Below are positions 1-10,330 of a stretch of DNA of 64,000 nt, in pieces. The stretch comes from Basidiobolus meristosporus CBS 931.73 (Eukaryota > Fungi > Basidiobolomycota): positions 1-64,000 of the forward strand of contig MCFE01000006.1 of assembly GCA_002104905.1 (NCBI GenBank). The letters are read 5' to 3'. A program made the translations under genes and the position numbers. Under the pieces are notes generated by a model, which had not been told where the DNA came from, did no database searches, and saw nothing but the letters and a program-made list of their open reading frames with translations. Each line of letters begins with the position of its first letter. Position 1 is the first letter of the stretch.

Positions 1-324
1 ATATCGGTGCTACTCGGCGTAGATCAACTTATGAATATGGCGAGAGCGAGTGTTAATATCATAGGAAACTGCCTGTCTTGTGTGGTGGTTGCCAAGTGGG
101 AGCGAAGGTTTCGTACTGAGCCCATATCTACCTCAACTGTAATCTCTACCGCCTCGAAAGACTACGATGAGGATGCACACAATACTGACAAAACAAATGA
201 GATGGAGAAGGGCTCATTTAAATCAGACCACGAGGGTTCCCAAGATTATCACCTATCAAGCCAAAGCTCTCAGAATCACGACCGTGAAAACATAAACATC
301 AAGGAACATTCTATATCCGTATAA
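1..324 (+). CDS. 3' end of a dicarboxylate/amino acid:cation symporter (DAACS/SDF family, GltP/DctA-like); 5' part lies outside the window
   Basis: LLGVDQLMNMARASVNIIGNCLSCVVVAKWE matches the TM8 signature of the family (DctA-type [20 protein letters not shown]..VVAKW), followed by a polar cytoplasmic tail. Confidence 0.85.
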   Translation: MSVLLGVDQLMNMARASVNIIGNCLSCVVVAKWERRFRTEPISTSTVISTASKDYDEDAHNTDKTNEMEKGSFKSDHEGSQDYHLSSQSSQNHDRENINIKEHSISV

Positions 325-699
325 CAACCACTATGCGAAGCACTCCCATTAGACAATAATTGTCCATTTTTGTCGAATTGAAATAGATATCTTTGTACTA
401 AATTCCTCACAACCAATTAAGAACACTGAAGATACATTGAAGTATTAATCTGTATTTGTAACATTCATTGATGAAACCTCAGCACAATGTACCAGATGGA
501 ATTTGAGATAAAATTTACACAAGACCAAAGGATATATAGAACAGAAAGGAAAACGAAACACTGTGCCAGAGGAGACCAAACCCTGTTGAATACCTGTTTC
601 GGTGCTGCCAGCTTCTTCTGCATTTGGGGTCTTGGAGCTTACAACACTAGTGAGCATGTGCGTTTCGCTAACGATTTAGTTAGCACGAACGTCTGATGC

Positions 700-1915
700 C
701 TCAGGCGATCTTAAGGGAACATATGGCCTATATATCAAGCCTTTGTGGACAATGCCGAATTCAAGCAAGAGACTCAAGGGGTTAAGAGAGGTGTGCTGTG
801 GAGAGAGTACACCGATTTCCTCCTGGTGAGTTCTTGGCCAAATTACATAACTGACCTAAACCTAGCTATTTCAGCAAGAGAGACATAGCCTATCCCAACG
901 TACGCAATCTTTAGGAACGAAGCTCACAGAGATAGAGCAGCCGGCCGCTCTATGCGCCCAGTCCATTGTAGTGTTATTCCGTTTTATAGATATGTGACCA
1001 CAAAACCTGACCACCTCAGGGTGCGAGCGAGTGCGGATCTCCATACGAACGGCTTTTAAACAGCATCCTCAAAGGCGTGTTTCTCTTCCTCCGTCCACTC
1101 ATGGTCGATATATGGTGTTTCAGATGTCTTCCACTAATAAACAATGAGAACCCATTATTAAAAATAATGAAAAAAGGTGTGAAGCCGAAGCCAATATTGG
1201 CGCTCAAGTTTAGCTTACCAAGAGTATCTTCTGCCACTGTGTGTAAGCTAATAAAAATCAACAATTACAACGTTATCACCCAGGAATTTGGCACGCCGAG
1301 TCTCACCCGAAATATCGGAAGGGCCAAAAGCGGAACGTCTTCAGAACCGTGTTCCCCTCTCCCTCTACTTGAGTACGGTCTTTGCGGAGACGACCGCTAC
1401 AGTCGCATTGAATGGTTTGAGCCCAGCGAAGAAGAGCCAAATAGCGTATGGCTGTTGTTCTTTTTGGAATGAACAAACCTACTGAGGGCAATAGTCGCCA
1501 CAGGTATCGCATATGTGTAATATCTCAGTCAGATTGAGTACAACCTCCTTCTCTGTTACGATGAATTCGTAGCGAGCGATGAGAACCTCACGGACATGCT
1601 CGGGGACTGGAACAGGCGTAGCTGGGCTGCATCCGCCGTAGGCGTGTCTGGGACATCGTTAGGGCGGTGATACCATGCGAGGCGCACATGAGTGAAACCT
1701 CCGTTGGCTTTTTCTTTGTCATTGAGAGGCGCTGACGGTTTCAATGGGGACAGAAGCTGTATGATACGAGCGACTGAATATGGAGTGCAGCCCAGCTCGA
1801 TGAACAATAAACATGGTCTGCGTGAAAAAAATCGGAACCTAGTTAGATTTGACTTTAAAGGTCTCTGCAAGTATTGGCCTCGTCACCGTTCTGAATGGTG
1901 ATATAGTCGTTCATC
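700..1915 (-). pseudogene. Degenerate SNT2-like (BAH-PHD-ELM2-SANT) chromatin protein pseudogene with frameshifts and internal deletions
   Basis: Manual translation of the minus strand in shifting frames gives, in the expected order: DHVYCSS/LGCTPYSVARI..VRLAWYHRPNDV (BAH), VPEHVREVLIARYEFIVTE..CDTCGDYC (BAH end/PHD start), WPFRYFG then RLG.KF (ELM2 start), EWTEEEKHAFEDAV*/AVRMEIRTRSHPEVVRF (SANT), and a Cys-containing segment. Stops and frameshifts lie between motifs. Boundaries approximate. Confidence 0.6.
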
Positions 1916-2828
1916 GTTGTGGTCTGTTAACAAGCCCTCACGGGGCGGATAGCGGGGAAATAAGGATAGGGATGGTTAAACAAACCAAAGATAAAATCTA
2001 TGGGTATGAGTAGCAAATTCCCAATATACATATTAGAGAAGGGCATGGATATCCTACCATGTGGAAATGTGGAAGTAGAAGGACAGGACGCCGGGGAAGG
2101 CTTGGTCAACGAGAGTAGGTAACTGCGATTCGAACCCCGATATCCGGCCTTTACGCAGTACCTAAGTTCTCGCACTTGGCTTCTTGTACTTGGGTCAACC
2201 TCCCACGTAGCTGAAACAACCATGTTAACATGTATTTTATAGACAAAAAATGTAGGTATATCATGAGAGAAAAATAAACATCACAATAATAATACACAAG
2301 TCCTATATATAATCATACAGGGAAACGATCGAAAAACGCTGTCTCTCAGACACAAGGATTATACCCCACTACTAACAAAGCCATAAAAACCCTCAAATAC
2401 TATGTAAGTAAAACCTAGGTTAACGTCGCTCAGCTAATAACGGAGCATTAGTAACGAAAACACATGTGATGGTCGCTGGTATCAACGTAACAAACATAGG
2501 GGATCATCCTTCGTTCAAAATGGTCAAAGAGATAATGCCAAATAAAGGAAGCAAAGCAGAAAAAATGGGTATATTGCTTCTAAACATCTTGCCCAGTCCT
2601 CAATTACCCTTACAAACTGCATACACACTGATTTTTCGCACTACTACTACACACTTGACATACTTGGGTCGTCAAAGCCTTTTCAAACGACGTAGGTGCA
2701 GACAGTTTTATTGCTCAAAACTGTGACTTGACTGAATCGTTTGTTTGGTAGCCTAAAGATTGGTATTGTGCATAGATCGATTGCATACCTACAGCCCAAC
2801 ATGCGGGATTTTGTGCAAAAAACCGAAC

Positions 2829-4192
2829 TTAGATTTCAGCAAAAGCAATAGTTTCATTGATCGGGAGATGGACACCTGGATTAGTGAACTCCTGACCAAC
2901 CTGAACGTTGGCTTCTTTTCTAAAGACTAGGGCACACGAAGATCCACCGAAGTGGAACGTTCCTAGCTCTTGACCACGGTTGACATGCTGTCCTTCGTAC
3001 ACGGTGGCCTGGCAAGAGGAGATCTCGGTCATGCCAATGGCGATAAAACACATGAGACCGATATTCTTATTGTCGGCATCAATAAACAACAGTTGGCGAG
3101 CGGCGGTGTTGGCGAAGAAGGTGAGGGACCTCAAATAGGGGGGAACCTCGCCTTCAGGGGTATCTTCTCCGATGAGAGATGGTGCTTGGGCGAAGTAGGT
3201 GCCGGGAACGTCGACAATTTTCAGAACAGTCCCGCTCACGGGCGCGTGCCAGCGGTGGTAGCCGGTAGTGTTAAGGAAGGACTGAATGACAAGACCGCCA
3301 ACAAAGGAATCAACGGACTTGTCACCAGCGAGAAGGTGAACGAGGGAGTATGCTTCATCCTTGATGAACAGTTCGTCGGTCTTTTTGACTTCGGTCTTAA
3401 TGGCGTAGAGTGCTGACTCGCAGGCCGAGCTGATGCAGCGAAGGTCTTGAATATCACCGGTGGGGCGATCGATGGCGACGTCGCGATAGCGGCGTGTGAA
3501 AAAGTCTTCGTATGATGTAAAGCCCCAGGCAGGGGCATTCGGGTCACAAATAAAGACATCCCAGAATTTCCTTTCAGATTCGTATTTCTCCATCATTGCG
3601 CCAACTGCCTTATCGCTGAACCAGCCTCCGTTGTTGGCGTTCAGAGTCGAAGTTGACTCAGGAGACAAAAGGTACAATTCCCAAGTCTTCATCATCTGTT
3701 TGAAGTGGTAGTTGAGGGACTGCTTTGTAAATGCAGACAATCCGCCTTGGGTATTCATCACTCGAGCCATGATCATGTACATTGGTGGCCCAATGCTGCC
3801 AAAGCTGGGTGCCTTGCGGAAGATATCGTTGAACATGAGGAGCATCTCCTGGTAGCTTTTCGGCTAGAAAGGTTTGAGAACGTGCACAAATGCTAAAAAA
3901 ACTTCGCTGTACTCACAAATTCTGTCATTCCATCAAACATGCGCACAATATCGGTGAATACGACAGCGTCGCCCTCAATGAAAGCCTTAAACTCCTGAAT
4001 GGGCTCGAGAAGTGGCGGCATGTCAGGGGCAGTGGTATATGGTGTACCAGGGCCGGGCATCCTCTTGGCTTCAGGGTGAATCCTTTTGTGGAGATCGGAC
4101 ATCCAGTCATCGTAGTCTTTCTTACTTGCAGGAAGCCATCCAAACCGACGGAAGTCCTCTATGGAAGGACGTAGAGTAGTGGGTGAAGTCAT
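2829..4192 (-). CDS. PsiD-clade pyruvoyl-dependent decarboxylase (phosphatidylserine-decarboxylase fold; L-tryptophan decarboxylase-like), 436 aa, 2 exons (3917-4192, 2829-3863)
   Basis: Joining the two ORFs over a 53-nt GT-AG intron (3864-3916) gives a continuous frame ...DGMTEF|PKSYQEMLLMFNDIFRKAP.... It carries YHRWHAPV and the self-cleavage motif FHFGGSS, plus motifs I recall from Psilocybe PsiD (LEPIQEFKAFIE, GPPMYMIMARVMNT, VPGTYFAQAPS, PPYLRSL, IGMTEIS). Confidence 0.9.
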
Positions 4193-4399
4193 ATTGTTAG
4201 TTGGAGATGGAACAAGGGTTGTCCAGAGCCAACACCTTTATAGCATCTGGAGCAGGATGTCCTGAGCGGTGTCTGGCCCTTATGCAAGGCGGCCTATTGT
4301 AACTTTTTCTAAGGAGACATGATATTTCACGAGAGAATGCTGTAATACTACCCTCTTGGGAAAACTTATTCAAGTGTTCCCACAAAGGTTCCTTACACT

Positions 4400-5700
4400 A
4401 CTAGTAATGTACCAATACGATGCGTGTTGTACAATCTAAGCCACTATTATCTTGTGCATAACATCTAAAAAATGGTTTTGGTAAGTACCTTTGAAAGGCA
4501 TTTGTGTTCAAGCGGTTGGTGTGGATTGTTGTAGCTCATGGTACGGATAGAGATAGAGTATCGCTAATAGGTACTAAGAACAGGTTCATTCAAGAGGGAT
4601 TTCAAGAACTAGGTCAAAGGAGGGCTCAAGGGTATTTACCAGGAGCTGGGATCGATAACTAATAATTGATCTTTCTTTACCTACCTCGAACCTTTACCCT
4701 CGGCCCAGGCTTAACCAAGTGTGTACAATAGTGGGCACTAGAATTCTTAGGTAACGTTAACTGGCTTTCAGGATCCAACTGTAACATACTTCCCTTCTTA
4801 AATGGATTCTTCCCCACAAGAGTCATCAGTTGGACAACAAAACCGCACAGGTGTTTGTCCATTTGGCAATTTTTAGTCGATCTTGGTGTACAAAGTCTTG
4901 TTTCACAATTCCTGGTGGTGTTGATAGCTGATATGTGTAGGATGGTCGTTGTTCTTTTACAAAGTATGGCCCGCTCCAATGTGGCTCGAACATATTCCTC
5001 TTGTTCTGTACTAGAACCCATAATTCAAGACCGATCAGGTTATTGTCAGAATTCCTATCCTTGTCTTTGATTTGTTGTGCTTGACTGGCTAGCTTGTTGT
5101 CAACATCATAACAGGCATGGTCCATCTCTTCTGGTCCTCTTCTGCAAGACTCTTTGTAGTCCTCATTGATATCTAGGCCCCAAAGGTTTGGTGGGAGGGT
5201 ATTGCCAAGTATCATCAATTCTATGCCATATACCATAAAGAATGGAGGCTTATTAGTGGCACAAGCAATGCCTGGTGTGAGAATATGTCTCATCTATAGG
5301 TGCCTCTATGGACATATATGATGAGCATCTGACTTATCAGTCCATTAAGACTTTCACTAGCTCCATTGGTGTGTAGGGTGGTATGCTGATGTTTTTGGGA
5401 TGATCAATTGCATCTTTTTCTGGATTAAACTCAAGACCTTGTCAATAAAGTTTACACCTGCTGGTTGAGATTTCTTTTGACCTAACCCTAAGCTGTAACC
5501 TCAAGGAGTAACAGTGCCCCATTGCATTAGTCACCTAGAACAATGTGGATAGGTTGGATTTGCCCTTGTGTAATGTTTTGTAGATACTAATGTCTATGAG
5601 AAGATCAGCCATAGAAGGCCAGCAGAATCAGATTTGCACTATCTGCCTTGCAGCATACCTTGCAGTCAGCTTTCAATATATCAATTAGAAAACCACTGGA
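4400..5700 (-). mobile_element. Degenerate Ty3/gypsy LTR-retrotransposon integrase fragment
   Basis: ORF 4826-5293 contains the GPY/F-type integrase C-terminus (FEPHWSGPYFVKE..YTYQL..G..VHQDRLK). An upstream frame gives HTTLHTNGASESLNGLI, a decayed version of the HPQTNG..ER.N core motif. No LTRs identified. Confidence 0.7.
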
Positions 5701-5879
5701 TTCATTTTTTCATTATCACTTTTAATATGTTTAGGACTTTCACCCTAATGCCTCAAGAACAACTACATATTTTACCAAAATTATAATATTCAAGGTACTC
5801 AGCTATAGCTGTAGGGTTCACTCTAATACCATGGAAGTATTTTATTTACAGCTAAATAATCTGGCCTACATATTGACAA

Positions 5880-6215
5880 TCCCCAAGAGAAATCTCAAAC
5901 TAGGAATTTTTCTGATTTTTAGCTGGTATTCTGCTTGTATTCTTATGGTATGCTGCTTGTATTCAGATGGCATTTTTCTTTCAAATTTTCAGTTTCAACT
6001 TTTGGTGGAAAAAGTGAGCAGCTGATTACAAAACTTGGCATGAATGCTAGTTTACCTAGTCTCCTCCTGGAGAATATCTGCTTGGCAGCCCAAAAGCTAG
6101 TATCTGAGAACTCAGAGTTGTCAGCTTTGAGAAGCCTGAAATTTACCTTTTACTGTGTTGATATTCTGCTTGCCTTTTCTCAGTTTCATTTCTTAGAGGA
6201 TATGTTTGTATGTCA
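5880..6215 (-). repeat. Dispersed repeat, copy 1 (inverted relative to copy 2 at ~12650-12945)
   Basis: The reverse complement reads ...ttctcaaagctgacaactctgagttctcagatactagc...ccaggaggagactaggtaaactagcattcatgccaagttttgtaatcagctgc...cagaataccagctaaaa, which aligns by eye with the copy at 12.7 kb. Confidence 0.8.
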
Positions 6216-7907
6216 GATCTATTCCCTGGCACAATCCTAGTAAATAGCTCCTTGCACAATAGGATCAAGTGTATTGTCACATCTTATGCAAGTCATGCTC
6301 CATTTGGTGGTCAAGACTAACCATTGAAATATAAAGATGCATCTGGTAGGTGAAATCCTGCAGGCACTTGATTTAATGCACCCCATCCAACAATTGTTAT
6401 TTTAATCATACTATGGGTATTTTGAGCAATTGGCTTTACATCTAGTATAGCGGCTAAATGAGTCACTAGCTTAAATACTTTGTGTATAGTCTGCAAATTT
6501 TGGAATAGTATGTCTGAAATCCTGGCCTGGGTTTTCCAACAATACTTTTGCTAACTATGAGGTATTCAGGACATGATGAAAACCCAAAATTTCCAAAGGC
6601 CCCCAAGCTAGGTTCATATCCTCTTGAAGCCTTAATATAGGTATTTTTTTTGTTGACTTTGCCAAGATTTTAAAGTATAAACTTCATTTTACACTCAACT
6701 TATCATTCATTGTAAGCCTGACAATCTAGTAGATGTCTAAATAACTGCCAATAGAGTTATCTGTTTCCCAGAGACTGTTGTATCCAAGAGAAAAGTGGAA
6801 TTCTAGCGTTATCTGAGAAAGCAGGGAAGATATTGAAAAGAATGTTGAAAGAATTTTAGCAATAAAGGAAGTACTTGGTAGTGCAAGTATAACATATAGC
6901 TTTTGCTTCATAACATATTTTATGCAAAAGTAGTGCTCAAACTATTATGTTGCCTTGCAGGAACAAGCAAGAATTTCATGTTTAAAGGTCCCAGATGCTT
7001 GTGTGTCAAGTTTGGAGTTGTTTGGACAGCGCTGAGATGCTTTGTGTGCTGTAGGAGCTTTAAGGACATTGGAAGTGATTGAGAGACTAAGTTGAATATG
7101 TGCTTTATACTCAATGAACTATGGAATATAAGATTGGTATTTATACTTTTTCACAATCTTGGCAGTACAAGCACATAAAATATTTTTAGCAAGGTCCCAG
7201 AAGCCTGTGTGCAAAGTTTAGCATGCTAGGTGCCATAAGCTCTGGAGGTTTCATTACTTTAATTGGAAGCTGATGAGACTGGGGTTCTTCAGCATTGTTT
7301 TATTGAATTGCTGATTATACTCTTGGACCAGATATGTTGTATTGAACTTATAGAGCTTAGCACAGGCATTACAAGCTGCATTTGCTAGGGTGAAAGCCCG
7401 CAGAGACCAGTCACAGAATAATTCCCAGTGCATATTCTTGGAAATAGTTTCCATGTAATGCATTGTTGGTAGAGTTCTCACAAGATGGTTGCTGCTTTTC
7501 AGAAAAAGTAAGCTCAAACCTAATATTTACAATAACAGGCTCAGTAGAGCAAGTCATATATCTGTCCATCTCAAAGATCCTAGTTTTTAAGGTCATAGCA
7601 TGTTTTGTTGCCTCAAAGGTATTTGGCTTAGATTTAAACTGTTGCAAGATTCTAGGGAGTATTAAAGTTAATTTGAAGAACTAAAGAATTGCATGATATT
7701 CATTTGCAGCCTTATTGAGTACAAGTAGAGTACTTATACTATTAGAGAAGCTTTGTGAGACAAGGGATTCACAAAATCTCAAGATTTGTTGCAGGAAGCT
7801 GTGGTCAAAGTATGGGGGTTTTTGGATAAATTTGAAAATATTTATAACTATCAGACCTTTACTAATTTTCGGAATTTTGATAATATCTTATGGACTAAGC
7901 CATTGGT

Positions 7908-8069
7908 AAATAGCTCATAACTTAGCAATAAACCAAGTAGAGCCTTACATTACAAGAATGGTTTAGGTGTAAACTAAATACTTGCTACAAATAGTTCATA
8001 ACTTGGCAAACAGCCAAGTTGAGTCTTATGTTATATAAATGATTTATGTGAAAACTAAATAGTTCCAGC
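7908..8069 (+). repeat. Two imperfect tandem copies of an ~81-bp unit
   Basis: aaatagctcataacttagcaataaaccaagtagagcctta... at 7908 and aaatagttcataacttggcaaacagccaagttgagtctta... at 7989. Confidence 0.8.
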
Positions 8070-8843
8070 ATTAACAAAGGTGTTTTTGTTGTAAGTTTTT
8101 TGAAGATATTGGAAGTGGTTGGGAAAATATGTTGATTGTGAGGTTTTCATATGATGATTTATTGAATGCAAAGGTATAAGTACTACGTTTACATGGTCAT
8201 GGCAAAACAAACTTGTATAGTGTGTTTAGGGAGTTTGTGGCTGTTCGGACAACTCTGAGAATTTTCATGTTCCGAGTACCTGATATTTTGGTGAAAATAG
8301 TGCAGTATTGACAAGAAATTTGGTCAGGATTCTCGGAGATTTGTAGGTAATGATCTTTGTAACTAAGTTAGGTGAATATTTAGGTGTAATTACCAAATTT
8401 ATAAGTCTCATTCTGTTGTTTGCTGAATACTCATGGTCAGCTGTATTGACTCTTTTTCAATTTGCACAATATAATCACATTTTTTCTACACGTGCATATT
8501 ATGGACAAAACATTGAGTGTTCTGGTCCTATTTGTTTCAGGGAGTCAAGGGTCACGATCTGGGGGTGTTTTTCAGGAAGTCATGTTTTATCTGCACCAAG
8601 TGAAATCAGTACTTTCATCATTCCATAGTGATGCTATTGATGTTGCTATTCAGTAGCTTGTAACTAAACAGGGTTACCTTAGGTGAAATAGGCGTAGGGA
8701 AGCAAGAGAATTGCAATTTGGGACAAGCAACTCATGAGAAATTGGAACTTTGAACCCATTTATTGGAAGTAAATACCTTAATGTAATAATCAAATACAAT
8801 GAAATCCTCCCCAAATGAAGCACCCCATGTATACAATACTTTC

Positions 8844-10330
8844 CTAAAGCTTCGCCTTCACCTGCACAAGCTCACTTCCATTCTGGAGCAGCTTGGCAGC
8901 GTCGTTAACCATGTTGTCCACAATCACCTTTGCAGGGAGAACCTCGTTAATGAGCGCGGCTACACGGCCAATCAGCCAAGGACGCGTCTCCATGAAAATT
9001 TCGGGGTGTTGCTGAAGGTCGTGCTCGTAGGGAAGAATACCCTTCGATGTGAGCTCCTTGATCTCTGTCTGGCGGTTGTTGTTCCTAAAATCTCAGTACG
9101 GTTAGGATGTCAAACACTGGCTATTTGTGAGAGCGTTTCTTACCAGTTATCGACATATTCTGTCCTGCGCACACGTAGAGGACGTCCAGTGTAGATAAGG
9201 GTTGTCACGGCGTCTTCGTAGCTTGCGCTAAGGAGTTCCTCCTTGTGCTTCTTTGGTGCGCCAGCTTCCACGCTGGCGACGAAGCGAGTACCAACCTACG
9301 AGAAGAATTGCAATTTTAATATAAATGTAATTAAATGCGCTTCTTTTTCTCAGTCAAAACATACCCAAACGCCAATCGCTCCGTACATGAGGTTCGCGGC
9401 GAGGCCACGACCATCATAGATAGCACCGGCGGCAACAACGTATACTGGAGCCCCGGTCAGTGGCGACTTGTGGCCCTTTACTGCGTCAACACAGGCGGGA
9501 ATGAGGATTGATTGCGGGATATCACCGGTGTGTCCACCGCCCTCTCCCGCCTGAGCGCAAATTAGGTCGACGCCCTGCTCGAGTGCCTTGGGAACATGCT
9601 TCGGGTGACCGACCATCTAAAATTCGTGCAAAAAATCATATTTACTAAAAAAGAAACATAGGAGTAGCCGATGCGGGTGCATACGTTCATGACAGGAATG
9701 CCAGCCTTATGTAAGCGCTTAACGACATGCTTTGGTGGAACACCGACGGCGCAAACGAAAAGGGAAGACTTCTCATCGATGATGATGTCAATAAGCTCGT
9801 TGAGCTGACCCTTTTGATAATCGTAGTTCGTCTTGCGCGCGCTACCACCGACTTGGGGAAGGAGAAGGTCAACACCGAACTTACCGTTGGGGTCCTTCAA
9901 ATGGGACTTGAGCTCGTGAATCTGCACAGATGGGTTAACAAGGTAAAAGCCGCAGCATTCACACTATACAATCACCTGAGAACGAAGAACTCTGAACAAC
10001 GAATATTATTATGTCAGTAACTGTTTAAAAGAAAGCGTTTAACGCGTAAACAAAGCGGTACGCACTTAGGAGTGTATCTAGTGCACAGAGTTAGCTCAAT
10101 GACTTGAAAAGTGCCTGGAATTGTTTACTTACCCATGACCACCAAGGACACCAATACCACCAGCATTTGTAACAGCCGCTACGAGCTCGGGACCTGCTGC
10201 AACGTTCATCTGACCAATATCATCAGCCTTCCCGAATGTCTCCAAAATTGAAAGATATACTTACGCCCGCAAGCATGATCGGGTGCTGAATGCCGAAGAG
10301 CTCGGTGAGGGGTGTCTTGATAACGGACAT
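8844..10330 (-). CDS. Nitronate monooxygenase / 2-nitropropane dioxygenase family flavoprotein, 350 aa, 8 exons, C-terminal PTS1 (AKL)
   Basis: Exons 10265-10330, 10133-10209, 10066-10077, 9976-9991, 9685-9921, 9365-9616, 9144-9295 and 8844-9084 sum to 1053 nt in frame. Motifs: HPIMLAGMNVAAGPELVAAVTNAGGIG, AQAGEGGGHTG, VVAAGAIYDGRGLAA, VWVGTRFVAS, TGRPLRV. Confidence 0.92.

Larger units (their letters stand above)
5700..8750. mobile_element. Heavily decayed AT-rich, CpG-depleted transposon-derived sequence, class unassigned
   Basis: Only short broken ORFs, almost no CG dinucleotides, a dispersed repeat shared with ~12.7 kb and an internal 81-bp tandem repeat. Confidence 0.5.

Noticed and set aside
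1927-2223. 98-aa minus-strand ORF and a GGTTCGAATC tRNA T-loop-like string at ~2127-2136
   Set aside because: No recognisable protein motif; the bases flanking the T-loop do not form a T-stem or cloverleaf.
2970-3711. Long antisense/alternative-frame ORFs over the decarboxylase (similar shadows over NMO, CHO2, the coiled-coil gene and urease)
   Set aside because: Shadow ORFs expected from biased codon usage; no independent motifs.
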